NCBI GenBank assembly: GCA_965205025.1
Contig: CBDBFU010000003.1
Coordinates: forward strand, 128,001 to 192,000
DNA: 64,000 bases
Reading direction: 5' to 3'
DNA from: Candidatus Poribacteria bacterium
Lineage (GTDB): Bacteria > Poribacteria > WGA-4E > WGA-3G
Positions 53,871 through 63,638 of this stretch are shown here, one piece after another (positions within the stretch are counted from its first letter, which is position 1; each line of letters begins with the position of its first letter). Position numbers and translations under genes: made by a program. The notes beneath the pieces were generated by a model. It was not told where the DNA came from. It saw only the letters and a program-made list of their open reading frames with translations, and made no database searches.

Positions 53871-54830
53871 CTATATCCTTTTGTTCTGGATAACGATTCT
53901 GAAATAGGGACATTTGCCGTTTATGCTCAAATCCTTATCGTCGTTTCCTTTTCTAAATCGAATTATCTGGAATTGATCAGGGTTGTGTTTGTCCAAAAAG
54001 GTAATCGGCACACCCATTTCTCCAGCATAATCTACGGGGATATGATCCGTTTTATTCACGTTGATAGCATCGTAATTATCGTACTTCGGGTATTCCTCTG
54101 GCGAATATCTTTTGAACAAAACCAATTCTTCATTTCGCTTCTCGTGGTCGAGGTTTGTGAACCAAGCAGCGTTCCCCAATCTGCCCTTGACGACACCATC
54201 CACCAGTCGGTAGGCACTGCCCTCCTTCTTGTTTCTAACCAATTCTCTCGCATAGTCTTCAGGCACATCAAAAAGCATGTCGCTCCCAGCAGGACCGTAA
54301 CCAAGCCAAAGCTTGGTATCCCTGATAAGCGGAAATATCTCCTTGTACGTTATCGCGTTCATGTTGCCGATGACGAGGAATTTCTTGTCGTATTCAACCA
54401 GTTGCGCGATATACTCCCTGAACAATGAAAACGGCGGATTTGTAACCACAATGTCTGCCTGTTTAAGCAACTCAATACATTCATGGCTCCTGAAATCGCC
54501 GTCTCCCTTAAGTTGAAATTTGGTGGGTTCTGTTCCATTCCCGCCATACTCAAGTCCGGCAGCAGCTTCCATGTCGTGTTTACTGAATAGGTCTATCTGC
54601 TGATTCTTGTAGCAGGTTGTGATCAGTTTTTTGAGTCCAAGTTTCGCGAAATTCAACTCAAAGTAGCGAAAGAAATTGCTGATGGTGGGATCGTCGCAAT
54701 TGCAGTAAACAGTCTTGCCGCGAAAAAGTTTCCTGTAATGCTTTAGCTCTTTCTCAATGTCTGAGAGTTGTGTGTAAAATTCATCCTGCTTTGCTTTATT
54801 CGCAGCGTGCAGAGACCTATTCCCCGCCAT
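53871..54830 (-). CDS. Adenine-specific DNA methyltransferase, EcoRI family
   Basis: KQDEFYT, VYCNCDDP, GDFRS, VVTNPPFSLFREY, MGVPITFLDK. Confidence 0.95.
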   Translation of the reverse strand: MAGNRSLHAANKAKQDEFYTQLSDIEKELKHYRKLFRGKTVYCNCDDPTISNFFRYFELNFAKLGLKKLITTCYKNQQIDLFSKHDMEAAAGLEYGGNGTEPTKFQLKGDGDFRSHECIELLKQADIVVTNPPFSLFREYIAQLVEYDKKFLVIGNMNAITYKEIFPLIRDTKLWLGYGPAGSDMLFDVPEDYARELVRNKKEGSAYRLVDGVVKGRLGNAAWFTNLDHEKRNEELVLFKRYSPEEYPKYDNYDAINVNKTDHIPVDYAGEMGVPITFLDKHNPDQFQIIRFRKGNDDKDLSINGKCPYFRIVIQNKRI

Positions 54831-55414
54831 AATATGTCTCCCTATAATTCCCTATTGTAAAGTGCTGTGTAGATACTATTTTTACTGATTGCGAGAAAAA
54901 ACTCACATTCTTCAGTGATGGCATTTCCGCGACTCACTTGTTGGTCCTGTATGTCATTTATAGACGATAGATCAATGGAGTTCATTACGCCGTGTTGGGA
55001 GTTGATTCCATTGAAGACTTGTTGTAAAATATAGAGGATATAGTGTCGTGATGGAAATAATACAGATAACCCCGAAAACCCTCGATAATATGACCCGTAT
55101 ATTTAACATCGTAAATACTCTTATCTTTGATTGTTGACAATTTATATTGTAGCATATTCCAAATAGTTAATCAAAATCGTAGGTATCTTCATGCTGACTT
55201 GTGAACCGACACCTACGAACTCCCAATTCCTCATCCAATAGCTTGAACATCTCAGGTGGAATATAGAAAACATGGATCATGTGTTTTTTATGCCATCACC
55301 TATTTTCAATTCTCTCCACATGGTAGCACTTGCCTTGTTACAACTGCGAATAACGCCGGAGTGGATATAAAAAAGTTGGCTGAAACTTATACGTTCCAAC
55401 CAACTATATAACTT

Positions 55415-55885
55415 ATACCATTTTTACTTAGTATGTTCACATTACCAGATCATTATAGGCGTCAATTTAGGGAATACACCTTTCGCCCCGCGAATCAACG
55501 GTATGAATGACATTTAGTCATTCACCGGGGCTTATTGTTTTGCGTTTTTACGTTTTCTACACACCTTTCGCCCCGCGAATCAACGGTATGAATGCCTTAT
55601 GGCATTCCCCGGGACTCAATTATGGGGGTATACACTTTTGCTATAGACATTCCGTCCCTACGGGACTCAATACATATCAAGTCTGGGGGAATTAGAATTA
55701 CAGATTTAAAAAATTAATCTTCATTAGGCATTCCCCGCGGCTTAGGATATTGGCGATAACGACTTCTATAAACATTTCGTCCCTACGGGACTCAAGAGCG
55801 TTTGTTTGGTGTTTTCTATAAACATTTCGTCCCTACTAAATCATGGAATCAACGGTATGAATGCCATTTATGCATTCCCGTAAAT
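55415..55885. repeat. Large composite REP cluster (same family as 39428-39690)
   Basis: 36-bp end shared with 39428; at least 5 REP-like units, three carrying the AATCAACGGTATGAATG module. Confidence 0.85.
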
Positions 55886-55919
55886 CGAACCTACCAAGGG
55901 GTAGGAACAAGATCTTGAA

Positions 55920-55978
55920 GGATCGGGGATCGGAATCCCCTCCCATAGAAGAGAAGATCGGCGTTCGGAATCCCTTCC
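55920..55978. repeat. Degenerate GTAG-type REP pair
   Basis: ATCGGGGATCGGAATCCCCTCCCATAGAAGAGAAGATCGGCGTTCGGAATCCCTTCC; reverse complement resembles 48284-48346. Confidence 0.55.
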
Positions 55979-55994
55979 ACCCAAAAACCTAATG

Positions 55995-56551
55995 CTTAAA
56001 TTGACGCGTAAGGTATGTCGCGCAGACAAACGACACATCGTTTCAGCAACACGATGCGTGTATTTATCTCGCAACTTCTGTCTCATATCCCACGGTTAAT
56101 GGTAATGTTTCGACGCACAACAATACACCCAACGACGAACACAGATGACACCACAGAGCGTCGTAATCTGTAGTTCTCTTCTACGCCAACGATGAGAGGG
56201 TTGATCACACTCTGGACACGCAACAGGTTCCGACTCCTTGGCAGACGCCTCTTGATTCACAAACATCTCTAACAACTTTTGGGCAATGGATTGAGCTCCT
56301 TCATATACACGCTGCTCCGCTTCCATCAAATCACAAGAACCCGGTTTTAGGTTTCCTATTAAATCGTTCATTTCTTCAACCAGTACTTTCGTAGCTTCTG
56401 CAATTTCTTTGACTTCACAACCTTCTAATGATAAACTAAACTTCGGTATCCTCTCTTTTTTAATAGATGATATTTAGATAGGATACCATTTTTCTACAGT
56501 TTTACAACCCCAAAGTTAAACTCTTCAAGTGACAAAAACTTTACACACCCC
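55995..56551 (-). mobile_element. Truncated ISKra4/ISLre2-like transposase relic with probable left end
   Basis: CPEC...RELQITTLCGVICVRRWVYCC, in-frame TAA at 56096 then PWDMRQKL...YTHRVAETMCRL; probable end GGGGTGTGTAAAGTTTTTGTCAC near 56551. Confidence 0.65.
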
Positions 56552-56627
56552 ACCCGTATCCAAGATTTGACAATCATAAATTGCTATGATACCATTAATA
56601 TAGGAAAAACTTAGAAGGGAATGAATC

Positions 56628-57866
56628 ATGTCGAATGTCTTTGAATCCTTGCAGGAACGAGGATTTGTTCAACAGTGTACAAATGAAGAATTAGTTTCTC
56701 GTGTCTTGTCGGAGAATCAGATAACCTATTATGTTGGGTTTGATCCAACTGCAGACAGTCTTCATGCAGGGAGTCTTGTGCCAATAATGGCAATGGCACA
56801 TTTACAACGTGCTGGACATAATCCTATTGCTATTATCGGTGGTGGAACGACCCTGATTGGTGACCCAACTGATAAAACCGAGATGCGACCTATGATATCC
56901 GCTGAGGAAATTGAGAGTAATGGAAGCAGGATATTAACACAATTACAGCGTTACCTTACATTAGATGATACCGAAGGTAGGTTTTTAAATAACGCAGATT
57001 GGTTAGTCTCTCTAAATTACATTGATTTTCTCAGGGACATTGGAAAACATTTCAGAGTTAATGAGATGATCAAGGCTGAAGGATATCGTCAAAGACTTGA
57101 ACGGGAATTAGGATTATCATTTCTTGAATTCAATTATCAATTACTTCAAGCATACGACTATCTCTATTTATATCGAAAATACAATTGTGTTCTGCAACTT
57201 GGTGGTGATGATCAGTGGGGGAACATCCTTGCAGGGACTGATCTTGTGAGACGGATAGAGGGAGAAAGAGTCTACGGATTAACCTTTCCCTTATTAACAA
57301 CTGCGACTGGTGCAAAGATGGGGAAGACTGCTGGTGGGGCAGTTTGGCTGGATTCAGAAAAAACATCTCCTTATGAATTTTATCAATACTGGATAAATGT
57401 GGATGATAGGGATGTCAAGAGATTCTTAGCTTATTTCACTTTTTTACCTATGGATGAAGTTAATCGTCTTGGTAGTTTAGAACATGATGAAATTAGAGAA
57501 GCAAAATCAGTGCTTGCCTACGAAGCAACGAAACTTGCACATGGATCTACTGAAGCGGAAAAAGCACAAGAATCATCGAAAGCTGCTTTTGGTGGTGGAG
57601 GCGTTGATCTTGATGCTATGCCAACCACTGAAATCCCCGCGGTAAGACTTACTGATGGAATACCTATAATTGAACTATTTCATGAAGTTGGATTAGCCAC
57701 ATCTCGTAGTGAAGCGCGTCGGTTGATTCAGCAAGGTGGAGGGTATATTAACGAAAAGCAGTATAAATCAATCGATGTTATCATTGATTCTACATTCTTG
57801 GATGATGACGCCTTGCTTCTACGGGCAGGTAAAAAGCGTTATCATCGCATTGTTTTCTCTGGATAG
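56628..57866 (+). CDS. tyrS: Tyrosine--tRNA ligase
   Basis: YVGFDPTADSLHAGS, QLGGDDQWGNI, KMGKT; S4-like C-terminus. Confidence 0.98.
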   Translation: MSNVFESLQERGFVQQCTNEELVSRVLSENQITYYVGFDPTADSLHAGSLVPIMAMAHLQRAGHNPIAIIGGGTTLIGDPTDKTEMRPMISAEEIESNGSRILTQLQRYLTLDDTEGRFLNNADWLVSLNYIDFLRDIGKHFRVNEMIKAEGYRQRLERELGLSFLEFNYQLLQAYDYLYLYRKYNCVLQLGGDDQWGNILAGTDLVRRIEGERVYGLTFPLLTTATGAKMGKTAGGAVWLDSEKTSPYEFYQYWINVDDRDVKRFLAYFTFLPMDEVNRLGSLEHDEIREAKSVLAYEATKLAHGSTEAEKAQESSKAAFGGGGVDLDAMPTTEIPAVRLTDGIPIIELFHEVGLATSRSEARRLIQQGGGYINEKQYKSIDVIIDSTFLDDDALLLRAGKKRYHRIVFSG

Positions 57867-57985
57867 AGGTTATACAAGACCAAAGCAGCTTGAACGGTAC
57901 TTGATCAAGCATCAAGATCTGATAAAACATGGAATGTGTGTGGGTTCTAACAGTATTCGTAAACGGACAGTTAGAAGAGGAATAT

Positions 57986-58408
57986 CTATACAATTGAATT
58001 ACAATGAAAACCGTGTTTTGTGAGTTCCGTAGATGCATCTGTCCAAACAGTTCGCGCGTGTTTAACAGCCGTGACTGCTTCAGCTTTCGTAGGTTCTGGT
58101 ACGTTACCTGGGTAACGGGCATCAGACACCCAATCGGTTAATTTCGCTAGGTTTGGATGCGCGGTTTTGAAGTGCCAATTATTAGGTGCTAAATTCCGTA
58201 GGACATTTAGGTCATGCGTTCTTGGAAAATCGATCTGCAAGAAGATTAATACCGCCTTTAAAGCCTTTTCAGCGGCTTGTTGCGCGTGCCAACACACTTG
58301 ACGCGGAGGGATATGTGACAGAGGTAAAAGCGTTTCAGCAGTTATTAGGTCCTCCCCAGCATAGCGCAGCCAGCGAGCCGTTTCTGCAAATACCTCAGTT
58401 GTTTGCAT
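57986..58408 (-). CDS. HEPN domain protein (toxin partner)
   Basis: WLRYAGEDL, HAQQAAEKALKA, FPRTHDL, ARYP. Confidence 0.9.
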   Translation of the reverse strand: MQTTEVFAETARWLRYAGEDLITAETLLPLSHIPPRQVCWHAQQAAEKALKAVLIFLQIDFPRTHDLNVLRNLAPNNWHFKTAHPNLAKLTDWVSDARYPGNVPEPTKAEAVTAVKHARTVWTDASTELTKHGFHCNSIV

Positions 58409-58715
58409 AAAGTATTTTTCCTTCTTGTTGGGCATAGCGTAGCACCGATCCGATCCGCGTGCGGTGTTGTTCCATTTCTTCTGGTGTTGTCACAACGATG
58501 TCCTTCGCTACAGGTAAATCAGCCAAGGCGACACGGATGTCAACAGCCGTTTTCCGCTTATCCTTGTCTGCAAGCTTTTCAAAAACGATAAGCAAATCTA
58601 TGTCACTATACCGATCAGCATCCCCTCGTGCTTGTGAACCGAAGAGAATAATCTGAAGTGGGTCAAATTCATGGACTATGCGTTCTGCCATGATAGAGAT
58701 AAAGTCGTTATTCAT
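58395..58715 (-). CDS. Minimal nucleotidyltransferase (MNT) antitoxin
   Basis: ILFGSQARGD..YSDIDLLIV; overlaps the HEPN gene. Confidence 0.92.
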   Translation of the reverse strand: MNNDFISIMAERIVHEFDPLQIILFGSQARGDADRYSDIDLLIVFEKLADKDKRKTAVDIRVALADLPVAKDIVVTTPEEMEQHRTRIGSVLRYAQQEGKILYANN

Positions 58716-58808
58716 CTTTCTTTCCTTGAAGTTTTATGGTAAGTCCATAAACGTGAATGCTTACTATTATAGCATGATTCACGGTAAAATTGATAATACA
58801 AACCAAAC

Positions 58809-58838
58809 TTGACATAATATAAAAGAGTGTGTTATAAT
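58809..58838 (+). promoter_or_regulatory. Sigma70 promoter of the aroF-leuA leader
   Basis: TTGACA-18 nt-TATAAT with extended TG. Confidence 0.75.
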
Positions 58839-58932
58839 ATTATTATTAGTTCTTAATTAAACTATTTTCTGCAAAGTTCGTTATTATTTAATAACTAAAT
58901 CAGGCTAACTCCATAAAGTATATAGGTTTTCA

Positions 58933-59064
58933 ATGCAAAAGCGTCCACACACTACCACCTTAACTGTAGAATTTAGTTGGATTCGTTCAACTTTATTTAT
59001 TTACCTTGGGTTATTTATAACCCTATGGTTATTTCCCTATTTATACAGTGACGTTAGGTGGTGA
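58933..59064 (+). CDS. Putative leader peptide (43 aa, rich in Phe/Trp/Tyr/Leu)
   Basis: MQKRPHTTTLTVEFSWIRSTLFIYLGLFITLWLFPYLYSDVRW*; lies between the promoter and a terminator upstream of aroF. Confidence 0.6.
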   Translation: MQKRPHTTTLTVEFSWIRSTLFIYLGLFITLWLFPYLYSDVRW

Positions 59065-59113
59065 TTGTCTGTTAGCCTAATATAATATAGAGTAACTGAA
59101 CTCAATTGTCACC

Positions 59114-59154
59114 ACCCAGTGTCGATAAAGAATCGATGTTGGGTTATTTTATTT
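59114..59154 (+). terminator. Attenuator terminator upstream of aroF
   Basis: ACCCAGTGTCGAT-AAAGA-ATCGATGTTGGGT 13-bp stem (3 G-U) followed by TATTTTATTT. Confidence 0.75.
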
Positions 59155-59200
59155 AACAAATTAAGTAGTACAAATTACCTTAAGAGTTTGGCGGAGGGAA

Positions 59201-60226
59201 TTGAATACCATGGTAATCGTTACCAAATCGGATGCAACACCTGACCAGATTGATGCTATAGTCAATAGGATTGAAAGTGTCGGGTTGAAAGCCCAGGTTT
59301 CAACTGGAGAACAACGCACCGTAATCGGTGTAATAGGAGATAAGACATTGCTTGGTGATATTCCAATGGAGTCGATGTCTGGTGTAGAAAGGACAATGCC
59401 AATTACCGCACCTTATAAATTAGCAAGCCGTCAGTTCCGTGATGAAGCCACCGTAATCGGTGTTAACGGAACTAAGATAGGTGGCAAAAGGTTATCAGTT
59501 ATGGCTGGTCCCTGTGCTGTAGAAAGTACAGAACAGATTGTAACCATTGCTAAACAGGTTAAACAGGCTGGTGCAGAATTTATTAGGGGTGGTGCCTTTA
59601 AACCTCGAACGGGTCCGTATAGTTTCCAAGGATTTGGTGAAGAAGCATTAAAAATGCTTGCTGCAGCTAAAGAGGAGACAGGATTAGGTATTGTCACCGA
59701 AGTCATGACACCTCACGAAGTTGAAATCGTTGGTGAATCAACAGACATATTTCAACTTGGTACGCGGAATATGACCAATTTCTATCTTCTAAGAGAGGTG
59801 GGCCGTGCGCGTAAACCTGTTATTTTGAAAAGAGGGATGTCATCAACAATAGAAGAATGGCTACTTGCAGCGGAATATATCCTCTCTGAAGGGAATCCAG
59901 ATGTGATTCTATGTGAAAGAGGCATCCGTACATTTGAAACACATACACGGAATACGCTGGATCTTAATGCCGTTCCTGTTGTACATGAACTCAGTCATCT
60001 TCCGATAGTCGTTGATCCGAGTCATGGTACAGGTATCCGTAGTCTTGTATGTGATATGACAAAAGCCTCAGTGGCAGCAGGTGCAGATGGATTATTACTT
60101 GAAGTCCATCATGATCCCGATAATTCAATGACAGGTGATGGTGCACAATCCCTATTCCCTGATCAATTTGAAGCTTTGATGAATGAATTAAAGCCGATTG
60201 CGATAGCAGTTGGTCGTGAGATATAA
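59201..60226 (+). CDS. aroF: 3-deoxy-7-phosphoheptulonate (DAHP) synthase, type I-beta with N-terminal regulatory domain
   Basis: MAGPCAVES, RGGAFKPRT, LCERGIRTFE, DPSHGTG; start TTG 59201 or ATG 59210. Confidence 0.95.
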   Translation: MNTMVIVTKSDATPDQIDAIVNRIESVGLKAQVSTGEQRTVIGVIGDKTLLGDIPMESMSGVERTMPITAPYKLASRQFRDEATVIGVNGTKIGGKRLSVMAGPCAVESTEQIVTIAKQVKQAGAEFIRGGAFKPRTGPYSFQGFGEEALKMLAAAKEETGLGIVTEVMTPHEVEIVGESTDIFQLGTRNMTNFYLLREVGRARKPVILKRGMSSTIEEWLLAAEYILSEGNPDVILCERGIRTFETHTRNTLDLNAVPVVHELSHLPIVVDPSHGTGIRSLVCDMTKASVAAGADGLLLEVHHDPDNSMTGDGAQSLFPDQFEALMNELKPIAIAVGREI

Positions 60227-60290
60227 GGTATAGGTAAGAATTTACATTATCCATAATAATCGGTCTAATTAGACTTTGGAGGGTAATTCC

Positions 60291-61847
60291 GTGGACGATT
60301 TTGAAACGAATCAGGAAAAGGTATATATTTTTGATACGACACTCCGTGATGCAGAACAGACACCCGGTGCTGCACTTGGGATTGAAGAGAAGTTAGAGAT
60401 TGCCAAGCATCTTGCTAAGTTAAATGTTGATATTATTGAAGCTGGTTTTCCTATTTCTTCACCAGGGGATTTTTGATGCTGTGCAGAGGATAGCGAACGA
60501 GGTAGAAGGTCCTGAAATCTGTGCATTATCACGCGTTGTAGAGAAAGATATTACTGCTGCCTGGAAAGCAATTCAGGATGCTCCACGTGCCAGAATCCAC
60601 ACTTTTGTCGGAACATCAACCATCCATATGGAACGGATCACACGGACAACACCTGAAAGGACATTAGAGATGGCTATTGATGCTGTCGCTTATGCTAAGA
60701 GTCTGTGTACTGATCATCCAGATGCGACTGTAGAGTTTTCTCCTATGGATGCGGGTAGGACTGAATTAACCTATCTATATGAAGTCGTAGAGGCAGTGAT
60801 CTCTGTCGGAGCGTCGGTAGTTAATATACCAGAAACTGTTGGTTGGACGGTTCCAGCAGAATTTGGGAATCTTATTGCTGGTATCAAAGAAAATGTGCCG
60901 AATATTGATGATGCTATAATCAGTGTTCATTGTCATAATGACTTGGGATTGGCAGTAGCAAACAGTCTGATAGCCGTTGAGCATGGTGCCCGTCAGGTTG
61001 AATGTACCATAAATGGACTTGGAGAACGCGCAGGGAATACTTCATTAGAGGAAGTAGTCATGGCAATCCGAACTCGAAGGGATTACTATGAAGGATATTA
61101 TACCGACATAAATGCTACCGAAATAGTTCCTATAAGTAAACGTGTGAGTAAGACAATGGGTATTCCAGTTCAACCGAATAAGGCTATTGTTGGTGAAAAT
61201 GCATTTGCCCACAGTTCAGGGATTCACCAAGATGGGATCATCAAATCACGTGTAACCTTCGAAATCATAGATCCAGAAGAAATTGGATGGAAAGAGAGTC
61301 GGTTAATTCTCAGTCCGAGGTCTGGTCGCAATGCCCTAAAACACCGTTTAAGTGAACTTGGATATGAAATAGACCAAGATCAATTAGAGAAAAGTATACG
61401 AACGGTTTCTAAAGGTTGCAGATAAGAAAAAAGCCGTACATGATGCTGACCTTGAAGCGATTATGAGTGATGAAATACGATCCGTTCCAGCAACCTTTGA
61501 ATTAGATTATATACAAGTGGTCAGCGGAACTAAGATAGCATCAACGACTACTATTGGAATTCGTACTGAAGAAGGTGTGGTTGAGAATGCATCTACGGGG
61601 GATGGTCCTGTTGATGCAGCCTTTTAAGGCTATTAGTCAGATAGTTAAAATCAAACTGAATTTAATCGATTATCAGATTCGGTCTGTGACGGAAGGTGAA
61701 GATGCTATTGGTGAGGTTACGTTGAAGGTACAAGACAATGGACATGTTATTACAGGAAATGGTGCGAGTACAGATATTATAGAAGCCAGTGCTAAGGCAT
61801 ATATTCACGCTGTAAATAAACTAATTCAACTCCGTTCAGAGGGTTAA
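60291..61847 (+). CDS. leuA: 2-isopropylmalate synthase; three +1 frameshifts (~60472, ~61392, ~61624), likely sequencing errors
   Basis: [51 protein letters not shown] across frames. Confidence 0.92.
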
Positions 61848-61861
61848 TTTATCAATATCGT

Positions 61862-61906
61862 TATAAAAACAAGGGATAGACATTTAGTCTATCCCTTGTT
61901 TTTATA
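61862..61906. terminator. Bidirectional intrinsic terminator
   Basis: TATAAAAACAAGGGATAGAC-ATTTA-GTCTATCCCTTGTTTTTATA perfect 20-bp stem. Confidence 0.9.
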
Positions 61907-61931
61907 GTAAGCCATGATTTTTTCCACACTA

Positions 61932-62100
61932 CGTTAGGTTCGGTTTCCCGAGAATGCCTAAATGGACTTCATACCCGGGGACCGTCTAAAGGCGTTCATA
62001 CCATTGATTCCTTGATACACCGAAGAAGAATTAAGCGAAGGATTTCAATCAAAAGGATTTGCACAAATCCGGAGCGGTTAGGAAACCGCTCCTACCGGGG
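61932..62100. repeat. REP cluster including reverse copies of the AATCAA(C/T)GGTATGAA module and a GTAG-type REP
   Basis: TTCATACCATTGATTCC near 62000; GGAGCGGTTAGGAAACCGCTCCTAC near 62071-62095. Confidence 0.7.
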
Positions 62101-62149
62101 AGTGTGCACATGTTATTTGGTTACACTATTATTGTAAGTTATTCTTGAT

Positions 62150-63638
62150 TTACCAATCTTCAACCAATTGTACTAACAATCTAACTCCATAACCGGAGGC
62201 AGAATCAGGAATATAAGTAGAACCTTTCATGCCCCATGCTGTGCCAGCAATATCAAGGTGAACCCACGGATAACCAACTGCAAACTTCTTTAAGAATGCA
62301 GCCCCTGCAATCGTACCTGATGTGCCATCACCGATATTCTTTACATCAGCAATAGTACTCTTTACACCTTCATCATAATCATCCCATAACGGTAATTCCC
62401 AAACCCGTTCATGTGTTTTTTCACCTGCTTTTTTTAGCTTATCCATAAGCTTATCATCTGTGCCTAATGCACCCAGCAGCAATATGTCCAAGGCAAGTAA
62501 TTACTGCGCCTGTAAGAGTTGCTAAATCAACAACCCCTTGTGGTTCATACTGTGCTGCCCAACCGAGAGCGTCAGCTAATATTAATCGTCCTTCTGCATC
62601 AGTATTTAGGATTTCAATTGTTTTTCCACCATAAGAAGTTACAACATCCCCAGGTTTAATTGCTGTTGACCCGGGCATATTTTCTGATGCGGCAATGAGA
62701 CCGATAACCTTCACATTCGGTTTTAGGTTTCCAATTACTTGCATTGCTCCTAAAACAGCAGCAGCTCCGGACATATCGTGTTTCATTTCATGCATCCCAC
62801 TCCCAGATTTGAGTGAAATACCACCTGTATCAAAGGTAATACCTTTGCCAACGAGAACAACTGTTTCGTTATCATCCCCTTCTGGGGTATGTTCCAATAT
62901 AATGAAACGTGGTTCTTCTGCACTTCCTTGTGAGACTGCTAATAGCGTTCTGAATCCTTTTTCTTCAAGAGTTGCTTTGTCAAAAACAGTACATTTCAGT
63001 CCAGTAGATGCTGCCACTTCTTCCGCTTTTTCAGCAAGTTGTGTTGGGGTTAGATGATTACTGGGTTGATTGCTAAGATCTCTGGCAAGTGTGGTTCCGT
63101 CCGCTATAGTTTTTCCTCGATTAACAGAACGGTCCAGTGATGTTTTTTCTATATCACTACTAACAAGAAGTGTAAGTGATTCAAGTTTTTTATTTTCATT
63201 TTCATCATTATCATCTTCTGTTTGGTGTTGTTTAAATTCATATAGAGATAATAGACTTGCTTCGACAGCCCCTTGTATCCAATCATCTTGTGCTTCAGGA
63301 GGAATGGGAACTGCAATTGATGTTATACCAAGGTCACGTGCATATTTAGCGGTATGTCCTGCCACCTGTCTTACCTTTTCTGTGTCAAGTTCGGAAAACT
63401 TCCCAAGACCTATTAGTATAATCCGTGGAGCATTAATTGATCCATTTGTATATAGAACAGCAGTGGACTTAAGCTTTCCTTTAAAGTCCCCGAGATTTAA
63501 TAACGATTGAATTCTGCCCTCTAAAGCGGAATCAGCAGCTAAGAATAGATCATTGTGTAGATCTTCCTCAAGTATAGGTATAATAACTGCATCAGTTTGT
63601 ATTTGGCGAAAATCACCAATTTCAACAACGATGTTCAT
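62150..63638 (-). CDS. pepA: Leucyl aminopeptidase; +1 frameshift near 62483 (likely sequencing error)
   Basis: VGKGITFDTGG, MKHDMSGAA, NTDAEGRLILAD, DLATLTGA, WVHLDIAG. Confidence 0.95.

Noticed and set aside
54900-55330. Short minus-strand ORFs upstream of the MTase (possible controller protein)
   Set aside because: Only ~40-45-codon fragments with no HTH signature; they cannot be supported as genes
56380-56627. T-box riboswitch upstream of tyrS
   Set aside because: A promoter (TTGACA 56567, TACCAT 56590) lies ~30 nt before the start and no T-box consensus is present; the upstream DNA is an IS relic
59040-59160. T-box upstream of aroF
   Set aside because: GGTGG is present, but the AGGGTGGNACCGCG consensus and stem I features are absent; the leader-peptide model fits better
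60424-61847. Programmed frameshifting or true pseudogene of leuA
   Set aside because: Three independent single-base homopolymer insertions with otherwise intact motifs point to sequencing error
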